From contig NC_043000.1 of assembly GCF_006345805.1 (NCBI RefSeq), positions 12,276,001 through 12,340,000 of the forward strand: DNA of 64,000 nt. Reading direction: 5' to 3'. The stretch is from Octopus sinensis (taxonomy: Eukaryota). The stretch's first letter is position 1; each line of letters opens with the position of its first letter. Shown here in pieces: positions 1 to 13,353 of the stretch. Below the pieces are notes generated by a model. That model had not been told where the DNA came from. It saw only the letters and a program-made list of their open reading frames with translations, and made no database searches. The translations under genes were made by a program, and so were the position numbers.

Positions 1-65
1 ACTCTCTCATGCACAGTCTTGTTGGCCACAGTCAAATGACTGAAACAAGTAAAAGAGTAAAAGAG
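1..65 (+). mobile_element. 3' tail remnant of a tRNA-derived SINE
   Basis: ggccacagtcaaatgactgaaacaag followed by a (taaaagag)n tail; the same tail recurs at about 21600, 23410 and, inverted, at 23870, 34225 and 57595. Confidence 0.6.
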
Positions 66-545
66 AGTAAAGAGTAGATATCTGAGAGACTTCTGGGTTT
101 CGACGAAAGCCTGGACCAACCCTGCCACTGTAACGAATGTTTCTACTGTGAATTTGGTGGTGGTTTAGTGTTATGTTTTTACTTGTGCATAGAGTTCCAG
201 GAAGATGAGTGAAGAGACAGTCACACATCAGACATAATCTTTCGTGTTGGGAATAACAACAAATTATAGGATTCCGGGTTATATGCGTAGAAGTTATTAA
301 ACGTGATTTAGCAAACAGTGGTAGTGGTGGTGGTGGTGGTGGTGTAAGATGTGTGCTTTGGCGTTGCCTGATATTGCTTGTACGATTTGCGCGTCTTGTC
401 CCAGGGAAATTGGTTATAATCACTGCGTATGCATAGGCTCTTGCGTTGAGAATAGAGGCATATTTTGGGGTTTCGTAAGTATATACTTTTACTTTATTTA
501 CAGTTGACAGCTTCATCATGGAGCTGTCAGGTATATATTTAGCAA

Positions 546-945
546 GGCGGCGAGCTGGCAGAAACGTTAGCACGCCGGGTGAAATGCGTAGCCGTATTTC
601 GTCTGCCGTTACGTTCTGAGTTCAAATTCCGCCGAGGTCGACTTTGCCTTTCATCTTTTCAGGGTCGATAAATTAAGTACCAGTTACGCACTGGCGCGGA
701 TATAATCGACTTAATCCGTTTGTCTGTCCTTGTTTGTCCCCTTGTGGGTAGTAAAGAAATAGGTATTTCGTCTGCCGCTACGTTCTGAGTTCAAATTCCG
801 CCTAGGTCGACTTTGCTTTTCATCCTTCGGGGTCGATAAATTAAGTATCAGTTACGTACTGGGGTCGATATAGTCGACTTATTCCCTTTGTATGTCCTTG
901 TTTGTCCCCTATATGTTTAGCCCCTTGTGGGTAGTAAAGAAATAG
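546..945 (+). mobile_element. tRNA-related SINE, one full copy plus a head-truncated tandem copy (central domain resembles Nin/Deu-type SINEs)
   Basis: ggcggcgagctggcagaaacgttagc head, B-box-like gagttcaaattcc, central gtcgactttgcctttcatc...ggggtcgataaattaagtaccag; unit repeated at 763-945 and near-identical at 14220-14446. The family name is from recall. Confidence 0.8.
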
Positions 946-1048
946 GTATAAATTTAGGCTGAGGTTGACAATGGAGTGGAGGGCGGAGAGAAAGGAGTGG
1001 CCTTTCACTAATTAGAGTTGATGTAGTGGTATTCATAGTAACCTATTT

Positions 1049-1148
1049 NNNNNNNNNNNNNNNNNNNNNNNNNNNNNNNNNNNNNNNNNNNNNNNNNNNN
1101 NNNNNNNNNNNNNNNNNNNNNNNNNNNNNNNNNNNNNNNNNNNNNNNN
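1049..1148. other. Assembly gap (100 N)
   Basis: Run of exactly 100 N. Confidence 0.99.
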
Positions 1149-1445
1149 CCAGATACTGCAACAGCTTGGGTTTCAGAGGACCACAGCTTTTCAACATCCT
1201 CCCGAAATGCTGAGAGACTTACATGGTGTGGATGTGGGTTTCTTTAAAACTAAACTGGATCTCTTCTTGTTGGAAGTCCCAGATGAACCTACCTCACGAC
1301 AGGAGACGCGGATGCGGGCAGCAGCATCGAACTCCCTGTTGATCAAGTGCCACGTATCAGAGGTGGATTCACAAACTAGTGTGGCTCATTCAGCGGTGGT
1401 GCCCCAGCATGGCCGCGGCCTTCGGGCTAAAACATTTTTAAGGAT
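1149..1445 (+). mobile_element. 3' end of a CR1/L2-like LINE
   Basis: [31 protein letters not shown] matches the C-terminus of the longer RT fragment at 12245-13279. Confidence 0.8.
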
Positions 1446-1451
1446 TTAAGG

Positions 1452-3243
1452 ATTTATATATACCCATGTATATATATTTATGTGTGTGTGTATATATATA
1501 CGTGAAAGTATATGTATATATACACACGTATATTTGTATATATACGTATGTGTGTATATATATATATATACGTATGTGTATATGTGTGTGTATATATATA
1601 TATGTATATATATACACGTATGTATGTATGTGTATATATATACACGTACGTATGTATGTGTATATATATACACGTGTGTATGTATAGGTATATATATACC
1701 GTATGTATGTTTGTGTATATATATACATGTATGTATGTATATATATATACACGTACGTGTGTATGTGTATATATATACACGTACGTATGTATGTGTATAT
1801 ATATACACGTACGTATGTATGTGTATATATATACACATGTATGTATGTATAGGTATATATATACCGTATGTATGTTTGTGTATATATATACATGTATGTT
1901 TGTGTATATATATATATACATGTATGTATGTGTATATATATATACACGTATGTATGTACATGTATATATAGGTATGTATATATATATTTATAGGTATGTA
2001 TATATATATTTATAGGTACGTACATATATTTATAGGTATGTATATATATATGTATAGGTATGTATATATATATGTATTGGTATGAATGTATGTATATATA
2101 GGTATGTATATGTATATATATATATAAGTATGTATATATTTATATATAGGGAGGTATATATATGTAGATATGTATATATATATTTATATATATAGGTATA
2201 TGTATATTTATATAGGTGTGTGTATATATATTTGTATGTATATATGTTTGTACATATATATATATATTTGTATATATATATATGTTTATATATATATATT
2301 TATATATATATATTTATATAGGTGTGTGTATATATATATATTGGCGTATATATATATATATATATATATAGGCATGTATATACATACACATATATATATG
2401 TGTATATACATATATGTATGTAGATGTATGTATATACGTATATATACATGTTTGTATATAGATATATGTATATATATAGCTATATGTACGTATGTATATA
2501 TGTACGTGTGTATATATATATATAGCTATACGTATATATGTATTTACGTAAGTTTGTTTGTATATATATATACATGCAGATGTATGTATTTACATATGTA
2601 TTTATATACGTATAATAGCATATTTATATACACATGTGTACACATGTATGTTTATACGTATGTATATACGTACGATTGTATATATATGGATGTATGTATA
2701 TACGTATGCATGTGTATGTATATACGTACGATTGTATATATATATGGATGTATATATATATATACGTATGCATATGTATGTATATACGTACGATTGTATA
2801 TATATGGATGTATATATACATAAGTATGTATGTATGTATTTACGTACGTATATATGTATGTATATATATAAATGCTTATATACGTACGTATATATATACG
2901 TACGTATATATATATATGTATGTATATATATACGTATGTATATATATATATAATATATATATATTGTGTATATATATGTGTGTGTATATATACGTGTGTG
3001 TGTATATATACGTATGTGTGTGTATATACGTATGTGTGTATATATACGTATGTGTGTATATATACGTATATATATATACGTATGTATGTATATATATGTA
3101 TGCATATATATATATATATATTATATATATATACGTATGTATGTATATATACGTATGTGTGTATATATACGTATGTGTGTATATTTACGTATGTGTGTAT
3201 ATATACGTATGTATATATGTATGTATATATACGGAAGTATGTA

Positions 3244-3328
<85 letters not shown>
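1452..3328. repeat. Compound (TA)n/(TG)n/TACG microsatellite array
   Basis: Low-complexity array; gives the spurious Y/I/M/C/V/H/T ORFs in the track. Confidence 0.95.
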
Positions 3329-3329
<1 letters not shown>

Positions 3330-3330
3330 G

Positions 3331-3630
3331 GAGGCTCTGTGGTTGGGGCAGCGGACTTGTAATCGTAGGATTGCGGTTTCGATTCCCAGACCGGGCGTTG
3401 TGTGTGTTTATTGAGCGAAAAGACCTAAAGTTCCACGAGGCTTCGGCAGTGGGTAATGGCGATCTCTGCTGTACTCTTTCGCCACTACTTTCTTTCACTC
3501 TTTCTTCTTTTGGCCTGCTCGCTTAGCCAGCTGGGTGGCGTCATTTAAAGGCTAAGACGATGCAAAGCGCATTGTGACCAGCAATGTGTAGCAACATCTG
3601 ATAGCCTGGTCGGTCACGGTGATCACTGTG
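3331..3630 (+). mobile_element. tRNA-derived SINE of a second family
   Basis: tRNA-like head gtggttggggcagcggac...ggtttcgattcccagacc (A/B-box-like) followed by a non-tRNA body; flanked by microsatellite. Confidence 0.6.
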
Positions 3631-4538
3631 ATATATGTACGTAGGTATATATATATATGTGTGTGTGTGTTAATATACGTATGTCTTTATATACATGTTT
3701 GTGTGTATGTATATATGTATGTGTGTATGTATATATGTATGTGTATATATATGTGTGTGTATATATGTATGTGTGTATATATATGTATATATGTATGTGT
3801 GTGTATATATATGTATATATGTATGTGTGTATATATATGTATATATGTATGTGTGTGTGTATATATATATATATATGTATAGTGTAGATATACGTATGCA
3901 TGTATACTGTAGATATACGTATGCATGTATAATGTAGATATACGTATGTATGTACAATGTAGATATACGTATGTATATATGTAGATATACGTGTGTATGT
4001 ATATATGTATGTATATGTGTATATATATGTGTGTATGTATATGTATAAGTGTGTATATATATATATATATACATGTGTATGTCTATATATATACATAGGT
4101 ATGTATATGTTTGTATGGATGTATATATAGGCGTGTATATGCATATGTATGTAAATATGCGTAGATGTATATATATACATACATCTATACATGCCGATGT
4201 ATATATATGTGTGTAGGCATACATGTATATATAGATGTATGTATGTATATAGATGTACGTATGTATGTATATGTACGTACATACATATATATGTATATAT
4301 GTGTACGCATATATATAGGCATCTATATATATATGTGCTAATGCATATATATATATGTATAGTTATGTATGTATATATATGCATGTATATAGTTATGTAT
4401 ATATACGCATGTATTTAGGTATGTATGTATATATATGCATCTATATATATGAATATGTATTTATATTATGTATATAGCAGTGTGTATATATGTATATGCA
4501 TATGAATATATAAACTCATGTTTATGTATATATTTATA
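3631..4538. repeat. Compound (TA/TG) microsatellite
   Basis: Low-complexity array. Confidence 0.95.
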
Positions 4539-4640
4539 TCATCATCATCATCATTTAACGTCCGCTTTCCATGCTAGCATGGGTTGGACGGTTCAACTGG
4601 GGTCTGGGGAGCCCGAAGGCTGCACCAGGCCAGTCAGATC
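4539..4640 (-). mobile_element. 3' end of an RTE-tail SINE/LINE with (GAT)n tail
   Basis: catcatcatcatttaacgtccgctttccatgctagcatgggttggacgg; same terminus at 6184, 9648, 21012 and, on +, at 18630 and 60087. Confidence 0.75.
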
Positions 4641-5335
4641 GGACTCATCCCTGAAAACATGGATCAGCTTTAGACCATGCTGACGGAGCTCGACACAAAA
4701 GTTCTGCAGTCGGTCTCAAGATGAACCGCATGAAAACAAAGTTCATGTGGTCAGACAACGTACTAACAGGTCGAATGGTGATGGGCAGTGATGAAATAGG
4801 ACGTGAGAGAATATGTCTACCTGGGACAGGAAGTAAATATGTGCCGGGATATCAAAAAGGAGATCTCACGGAGAGTAAGGGCTTGTTGGAAGGCGTTCAA
4901 TGGCATAAGGGATGTGCCCAAGGGAAGGTTGGACAGGACCACCCGCGCCAACCTCATTAACAGTGCAGTTCTGCCTACAATGTTTTATGGTAATGAAACA
5001 TGGGCTACCACAAAGAGAGAAGAGCAAAGACTGATAACGGCTCTTAGAGCCATGGAAAGTTCAATGCTTGGTATCTCGTTGAGAGAACACATAAATAGCA
5101 ACATCATCAGAAAGAAGTCCGGCGTAAGAGATGTCATCGCAGAGTATACTCGCAGCAAGTATAGATGGGCTGGACACGTCACCCGGCTCACCGACAATCG
5201 GTGGACGCACGCGGTTGTTGAGTGGTACCCGCTTGAGCGGAAAAGACCACCCGGAAGACCTCCAGAGAGGTGTGGACACCGTGCTGTGACCAGCGGTGTC
5301 AAATGGACGCCTGACGGACTGGTCGGTCAAAGTGA
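4641..5335 (+). mobile_element. RTE-clade LINE, RT C-terminal fragment
   Basis: EYVYLGQ...[13 protein letters not shown]...[14 protein letters not shown]...KYRWAGHV...RPPGRPP, typical RTE post-RT motifs; frameshifted. Confidence 0.85.
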
Positions 5336-5752
5336 TATATGTGTGTATAAATATATATATATGTATATATATAAATATATATATATATATATACACATAA
5401 GTATCTATATATATATATATATATACACACATAAGTATCTATATATATATACATACATAAGTATCTATATATATATATACATACATAAGTAAATATATAT
5501 ATATACATACATACGCATCTATATATATATATATATACATACATACATACGCATCTATATATATATATACATACATACATACGCATCTATATATATACAT
5601 ACATACATACGCATCTATATATATACATACATACGTATCTATATATATACATACATACTTATATATATACGTATGTATATATGCATGTATATATCTATGC
5701 GTAAGCATATACATATATGCGTATGCATATATATATATATGCGTATGCATAT

Positions 5753-6062
5753 AGTGGAGGGCAGGGTTCCTTTTCTGTGCTTGGTGTAGCCAAGTTAGCT
5801 GCCGGACAATTCTTTGCGCAGAACATCTGAGGAGCGCACTTCGTTTTTGAAAGTTTTCCTGGCAGACATTTCTTGTGTTCCCTCGGTAAAGTTTTTCTCT
5901 TTCAGTCCCCTGAAGTTCTGGCGGGGTGTCGGGTAGGCGAACCGGCAGTTTTTGCTGTCCTCACCATGCCAATATTTGCCCCGCAGGTAGAACTTACAGG
6001 TTCTTCGGTTCCTTCCAGATTTCTTCTTTTCTGAAGTGTACTGGGTGGCATTGGATCCTCCA
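5753..6062 (-). mobile_element. Probable LINE ORF1 fragment with a degenerate CCCH zinc finger
   Basis: RTCKFYLRGKYWHGEDSKNCRFAYP resembles C-x7-C-x7/8-C-x3-H with two ligands replaced by Tyr; isolated 300-bp GC-richer island within microsatellite. Confidence 0.4.
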
Positions 6063-6183
6063 TATATATGCGCAAGCATATATATATATATATGCGGAAG
6101 CATATATATATATGCGCAAGCATATATATATATATGCGGAAGCATATATATATATGCATATATATTATATGCTTACGCATATA

Positions 6184-6500
6184 TCATCATCATCATTTAA
6201 CGTCCGCTTTCCATGCTAGCATGGGTTGGACGGTTCAACTGGGGTCTGGGGAGCCCGAAGGCTGCACCAGGCCAGTCAGATCTGGCAGTGTTTCTACAGC
6301 TGGATGCCCTTCCTAATGCCAACCACTCCGAGAGTGTAGTCGGTGATTTTATGTGCCACCGACACAGGTGCCAGACGAGGCTGGCGAACGGCCACGCTCG
6401 GATGGTGTTTTTGTTATGTGCCACCGACACAGGTGCCAGACGAGGCTGGCGGACAGCCACGCTCGGATGGTGTTTTTATGTGCCACCGATACAGGTGCCA
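6184..6500 (-). mobile_element. RTE-tail SINE with an internal tandem duplication
   Basis: Same terminus as 4539; unit atgtgccaccgacacaggtgccagacgaggctggcg repeated. Confidence 0.75.
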
Positions 6501-9500
6501 GATATATGCGTAAGCATATATATATATATATATGCGTAAGCATATATATATGCTTGCGCATATATATATGCATACGCATATATATATGCGTGAGCATATA
6601 TATATGCGTATGCATATATATATGCGTGAGCATATATATATGCGTATGCATATATATATGCGTGAGCATATATATATGCGTGAGCATATATATATTGCGT
6701 ATGCATATATATATGCGTGAGCATATATATATGCGTATGCATATATATATGCGTGGTGAGCAATATATATGCGTATGCATATATATTGCGTAAGCATATA
6801 TATATGCGTATGCATATATATATGCTGTGAGCATATATATATGCTTAAGCATATATATATGCGTGAGCATATATATATATGCGTAAGCATATATATATGC
6901 GTAAGCATATATATATGCGTAAGCATATATATATGCGTAAGCATATATATATGCGTAAGCATATATATATGCGTAAGCATATATATATGCGTAAGCATAT
7001 GTATATGCGTAAGCATATTTATATGCGTAAGCATATTTATATGCGTAAGCATATATATATGCGTAAGCATATATATATGCGTAAGCATATATATATGCGT
7101 AAGCATATGTATATGCGTAAGCATATGTATATGCGTAAGCATATGTATATGCGTAAGCATATATATATGCGTAAGCATATATATATGCGTAAGCATATAT
7201 ATATGCGTAAGCATATATATATGCGTAAGCATATATATATGCGTAAGCATATATATATGCGTAAGCATATATATATATGCGTAAGCATATATATATGTGC
7301 GCAAGCATATATATATACACATGCGTAAGCATATATATATATACACATGCGTAAGCATATATATATACACATGCGTAAGCATATATATATACACATGCGT
7401 AAGCATATATATATATGCGTAAGCATATATATATATGCGTAAGCATATATATATACACATGCGTAAGCACATATATACACATGCGTAAGCATATATATAT
7501 ACACATGCGTAAGCATACATATATACACATGCGTAAGCATACATATATACACATGCGTAAGCATACATATATACACATGCGTAAGCATATATATATACAC
7601 ATGCGTAAGCATATATATATACACATGCGTAAGCATATATATATACACACATGCGTAAGCATATATATATACACACACATGCGTAAGCATATATATATAC
7701 ACATGGGTAAGCATATATATATACACATGCGTAAGCATATATATATACACATGCGTAAGCATATATACATACATATGCGTAAGCATATATATATACACAT
7801 GCGTAAGCATATATACATACACATGCGTAAGCATATATACATACACATGCGTAGAAGATATATACATACACATGCGTAAGCATATATATATACACATGCG
7901 TATATATTATACATATGCGGAAGCGTATATATATACATATGCGGAAGCGTATATATACATATGCGGAAGCGTATGATATACATATGCGTAAGCGTAGATA
8001 TTATATACATATGCGTAAGCGTAATATATATTACATATGCGTAAGCGTATATATATATATCATATGCGTAAGCGTATATATTATATGCATATGCGTAAGC
8101 GTATATATATATGCATATGCGTAAGCGTATATATATATACATATGCGTAAGCATATATATATGCGTATGCATATATATATGCGTAAGCATATATATAATG
8201 GCGATGCATTTATATGCGAAGCATATATATGCGTAAGCATATATATATGAGCAGCAGCATGCGGATATATGAGGTAAGCATATATATATGCGTAAGCATA
8301 TATATATGCGTAAGCATATATATGCGTAAGCATATATATATGCGTAAGCATATATATGCGTAAGCATATATATGCGTAAGCATATATATATGCGTAAGCA
8401 TATATATATGCGTAAGCATATATATATGCGTAGGCATATATATATATATGCGTAAGCATATATATATGCGTAAGCATATATATATGCGTAGGCATATATA
8501 TATATATGCGTAAGCATATATATATGCGTGGGCATATATATATATATGCGTAAGCATATATATATGCGTAAGCATATATATATGCGCGAGCATATATATA
8601 TATATGCGTAAGCATATATATATGCGCGAGCATATATATATATATATGCGTAAGCATATATATATGCGCGAGCATATATATATATATGCGTAAGCATATA
8701 TATATGCGCGAGCATATATATATATATATGCGTAAGCATATATATATGCGCGAGCATATATATATATATGCGCAAGCATATATATATGCGCAAGCATATA
8801 TATATATATGCGCAAGCATATATATATATGCGCAAGCATATATATATATATGCGCAAGCATATATATATATATGCGCAAGCATATATATATACACATGCG
8901 TAAGCATATATATATACACATGCGTAAGCATATATATATATGCGCAAGCATATATATATACACATGCGTAAGCATACATATATACACATGCGTAAGCATA
9001 TATATATACACATGCGTAAGCATATATATACACATGCGTAAGCATATATATATACACATGCGTAAGCATATATATATACACATGCGTAAGCATATATATA
9101 TACACACATGCGTAAGCATATATATATACACACATGCGTAAGCATATATATATACACACATGCGTAAGCATATATATATACACACATGCGTAAGCATATA
9201 TATATATATACACATGCGTAAGCATATATACATACACATGCGTAAGCATATATACATACACATGCGTAAGCATATATACATACACATGCGTAAGCATATA
9301 TACATACACATGCGTAAGCATATATACATACACATGCGTATATATATATACATATGCGGAAGCGTATATATATACATATGCGGAAGCGTATGTATATACA
9401 TATGCGTAAGCGTATATATATATACATATGCGGAAGCGTATATATATATACATATGCGTAAGCGTATATATATATACATATGCGGAAGCGTATATATATA

Positions 9501-9647
9501 TACATATGCGTAAGCGTATATATATATACATATGCGTAAGCGTATATATATATACATATGCGTAAGCGTATATATATATACATATGCGTAAGCATATATA
9601 TATATACATATGCGTAAGCATATATATATATACATATGCGTAAGCAT
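6501..9647 (+). repeat. Hairpin minisatellite, unit (AT)n-GC-GTAA-GC-(AT)n, block 1
   Basis: Continuous tandem atgcgtaagcat(at)n with variant loops GCAA, GTGA, GCGA, GGAA, GTAT. Confidence 0.95.
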
Positions 9648-10425
9648 ATCATCATCATCATCATTTAGCGTCCGTTTTCCATGCTAGCATGGGTTGGACG
9701 GTTCTACTGGGGTCTGTGAAGCCAGAAGGCTTCATCAGGCCCAGTCAAATCTGGCAGTGTTTCTACGGCTGGATGCCCTTCCTAACGCCAACCACTCCGT
9801 GAGTGTAGTGGGTGCTTTTTACGTGCCAGACAGAGCTGGCAAACGGCCACGAACGGATGGTGCTTTTTATGTGCCACCGGCACGAGGGCCAGGCGAGGCT
9901 GGCAACGGAGACGAAACGGGACGGTGCTGGCAACGGTCGCGAAACGGAAAGTTCTCTTACATGCCACCGGCACTGGTAACACATCTGCAATTTCCATTGA
10001 TCGATTTCCATTGATCGATTTCGATTCTGATCCTCACTTGCCTCAATGGGTCTTCACAAGCAGAGTTTCGACATGCCACCGGCACTGGTAGCACATCCGC
10101 AATTTCCATTGATCGATTTCGATTCTGATCCTCACTTGCCTCAACACGTCTTCACAAGTAGAGTTTTGTGTCCCAAGAAGGGAAGGTATGCATACGTAGG
10201 CTGGCTCCATCCCATGTAGAAGGCCACGGGTTGTGGACTCACTTGTCCTGCCGGGTCTTCTCGCGCACAGCACACTTCCAGAGGTCTCGGTCTCTAGTCA
10301 TTTCCTCAGTGAGACCTAAAGTTCGAAGGTCGTGCTTCACCACCTCGTCCCAGGTTTTCCTGGGTCTGCCTCTTCCACAGGTTCCCTCAACCGCTAGGGT
10401 GTGGCACTTTTTCACACAACTATCT
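9648..10425 (-). mobile_element. RTE LINE 3' end (ORF2 terminus plus 3' UTR)
   Basis: Minus strand reads VEGTCGRGRPRKTWDEVVKHDLRTLGLTEEMT, like 18100-18180; (GAT)n tail. Confidence 0.8.
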
Positions 10426-10426
10426 T

Positions 10427-10820
10427 CGCAGTATCGCCCGGCGATGCTCGAGTTGTAAGGGAAATAACTATATAAGCATTTTTAGAGAGTTATAGTCAAA
10501 AAATAGCAAAAAAATGCATTAAAAATTGAAAAAAAATCATGTTAAATTTTTTTTTTAAATCGTTGACACATCGTAGATATTTTTAGAGAGTTACTTCTCT
10601 TATATAAAAGCGAAAAAAATGCATTAAAATGGAAAAATATGATTGTAAATTTTTTTTTAATCGTAGACTCATCGTAGACGCGCGCTAATACCCAGAAGGG
10701 CTCGATATGAATCACGACTATAAGATACCCGGGTTTGGTTAAACTGCACCGCAAAATGTGGGAGTAGTTACGAATCTAAATCGTCGGAGACAGACACACA
10801 ACTTCACTCTTATATAAAGA
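10427..10820 (+). mobile_element. Non-autonomous Helitron-like (DINE/HINE-type) element
   Basis: 5' gcagtatcgcccggcgatgctcg, internal ~120-bp tandem duplication, 3' cagacacacaacttcactcttatata; class assigned from recalled architecture. Confidence 0.5.
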
Positions 10821-11146
10821 TGCTTTTTTTTTTCAGTCATAGAGTTAGATTTATGAAGGTCTTCAGTAGAAAATCCTTCGAATTCTGACTCGCTGCTTGA
10901 TATAATGAAATTCGTATCCATTTTTCGTCAGAATTACAAATTTTGAAAACACAATAGGAACAAATTTCGGAAAAAAATCTCCCATAATTCACGGAATTAA
11001 AATTACACTTGGATTTTTGTACAAAACTGTATTTGAAATGTTTACGAAGTATAATACATGTTTTCACGAATGTACTAAAGAGATTTACTCTGATATTCTC
11101 ATTTAAATATGAATAGGTAAATTCGGGCGATTTGGTAACGAAAGGG
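10821..11146 (-). mobile_element. piggyBac-family element, 5' end fragment
   Basis: Terminus gtaacgaaaggg followed by ttta (TTAA-like); acidic N-terminus MDTNFIISSSESEFEGFSTEDL homologous to 28180-28275. Confidence 0.65.
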
Positions 11147-11594
11147 TTTATATAAGTGTCGTCTGTTTATACATAAACACTGTTTCATACTTTCAGTTTA
11201 GTCTTCCTCAAATCACTCTATTTACTCTCTTCCAAGAACATTTTCACTCACTCTTATCTGTTAGCTTGCCATACATTTTACTCATGTATCTATCAGCGTG
11301 ATAGACAGAAACAAATATTACATCTAGTTTCACTTTATTCGTTGCACACTGTGTGTGTGCGTTTGCGTGTGCTGTAAACCAGACTAAGAAAAGCATTTGA
11401 CATACACACCAGAATGTGAGTTTTCTGTAAATTTTGCTTAATTGGAGTTTAAATTTTAAAAACTGGACCTGGCATGACCCGATGCATTATACTCTTAAAA
11501 ATGCTAGGTAAATTGTAATTGAAGAAATCCTATATTGTAGATTTCTATTAGTTACAAAGGGAGGCAGATAAAATCTGCCTTTTATAATAAGAGA

Positions 11595-12152
11595 TGCGTA
11601 AGCATATATATATATATGCGTAAGCATATATATATATGCGTAAGCATATATATATATATATATGCGTAAGCATATATATATATATGCGTAAGCATATATA
11701 TATATGCGTAAGCATATATATATATATATGCGTAAGCATATATATATTATATGCGTAAGCATATATATATTATATGCGTAAGCATATATATATTATATGC
11801 GTAAGCATATATATATATATATGCGTAAGCATATATATATATATATATTGCGTAAGCATATATATATATATGCGTAAGCATATATATATATATATATATG
11901 CGTAAGCATATATATATATATGCGTAAGCATATATATATATATATGCGTAAGCATATATATATATATATGCGTAAGCATATATATATATATATATATGCG
12001 TAAGCATATATATATATATGCGTAAGCATATATAATATATATATGCGTAAGCATATATATATATATATGCGTAAGCATATATATATATATATATATGCGT
12101 AAGCATATATATATATATATATATATATGCGTAAGCATATATATATATATAT
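11595..12152 (+). repeat. Hairpin minisatellite, block 2
   Basis: atgcgtaagcat(at)n units. Confidence 0.95.
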
Positions 12153-13279
12153 GATTGATTGATTGATTGATTGATTCTAGTTTCAGCTTATGAGCTGTGG
12201 CCATGCTGGGGCACCGCCATTTGGTGTTGCTACTTGGTTTCACTTCATGGAGGCTTTCTAGCAGCTGCTATTTGGTGCATGAGAGAGTTCGATGCAGCTG
12301 CCCTCATCTGTCCCTCCTGCCGTGAAGTTGGTTCATCTGGGACACCTGACAGGAAGAGATCCAGCTTCATTTTAAAGACATCTGTATCCACCCCATGCAG
12401 GTCTCTCAGGTTCTTCGGGAGGATATTGAAGAGCTGTGGGCCTCGGAAGCCCAGGCTATCACAGTATCTTGTCCTACATCTTGATGGCAGGTTTGGAGTC
12501 CTAGGCACCATGCAGTGGGGCCCAGTTCTGGCATTTGCGTAACTCTCGATGCCAAAGTTCAGGACACTTCCCTCCAGGATCTTCCAGATGTATATTATGG
12601 CATATCTTTCCCGCCTACGCTCCAGGGAATATAATTTTAATCTCTTGAGTCTTTCCCAGTAGCTTACATTCTGTATAGAGGCTATCTTCTTTGTGTAGCT
12701 TCGTTGGATCGCCTCAAGTTCTGTGATCAACTTGACACTGGATGGTGACCATAGCTGAGAGCAATAGTCAAAGTGGCTTAGGACAAGTGTCTTCCAGAGG
12801 ACCATCATGGTTTCTTGTTCTCTTGTTCTAAAGGTTCTAAGAATCCATCCAGCCAGCCGTCTACATTTCATTGTCAGTTTAGCAACATGTACATGAAAGG
12901 TCGCGTCATCACTCATGTGAATACCCAGGTCACGCACTGATTGTGCCTCTGGGATTGCAATCCCTCCGGGTCCAGTGTATTCATTGGGTATTGCATTCAG
13001 TTTTGCATGCTGATAGTATAAAGCTTGAAACTTTCCAGCATTGAACTGCATGCTATTCTTTTCAGCCCACTTGTATATTTCGTCCAGCTCACATTGCAGG
13101 TGTTTAGTGTCCTCAGGGTTCTGTATTGCCTGTGAAACTTTTGTATCATCTGCATAACTTGTGATCGTGGCTCTCTGCGTGGCTGAGGGCATGTCTGAGA
13201 GGGCCATTATGAACAGTAGTGGTCCCAGAACAGTGCCCTGCGGAACACCGCTCACTATTTGTGTGTTAATGGAGGTGTT
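12153..13279 (-). mobile_element. 5'-truncated CR1/L2-like LINE with an uninterrupted RT C-terminal ORF
   Basis: [14 protein letters not shown]...YADDTK...[16 protein letters not shown]...RDLG...[11 protein letters not shown] open to the stop at 12245; (AATC)n tail at 12153-12176. Confidence 0.92.
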
Positions 13280-13280
13280 A

Positions 13281-13317
13281 ATATATATATGCGTAAACAT
13301 ATATATATATATGCGTA

Positions 13318-13353
<36 letters not shown>

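Noticed and set aside
7-573. 188-aa minus-strand ORF
   Set aside because: Begins inside a SINE, ends in a SINE tail, has no recognisable domain, and its poly-Pro comes from (GGT)n
10915-10935. tttttcgtcag as an eighth U56 copy or a hammerhead core
   Set aside because: No box C/D or terminal stem and no GAAA; it lies in the piggyBac 5' region
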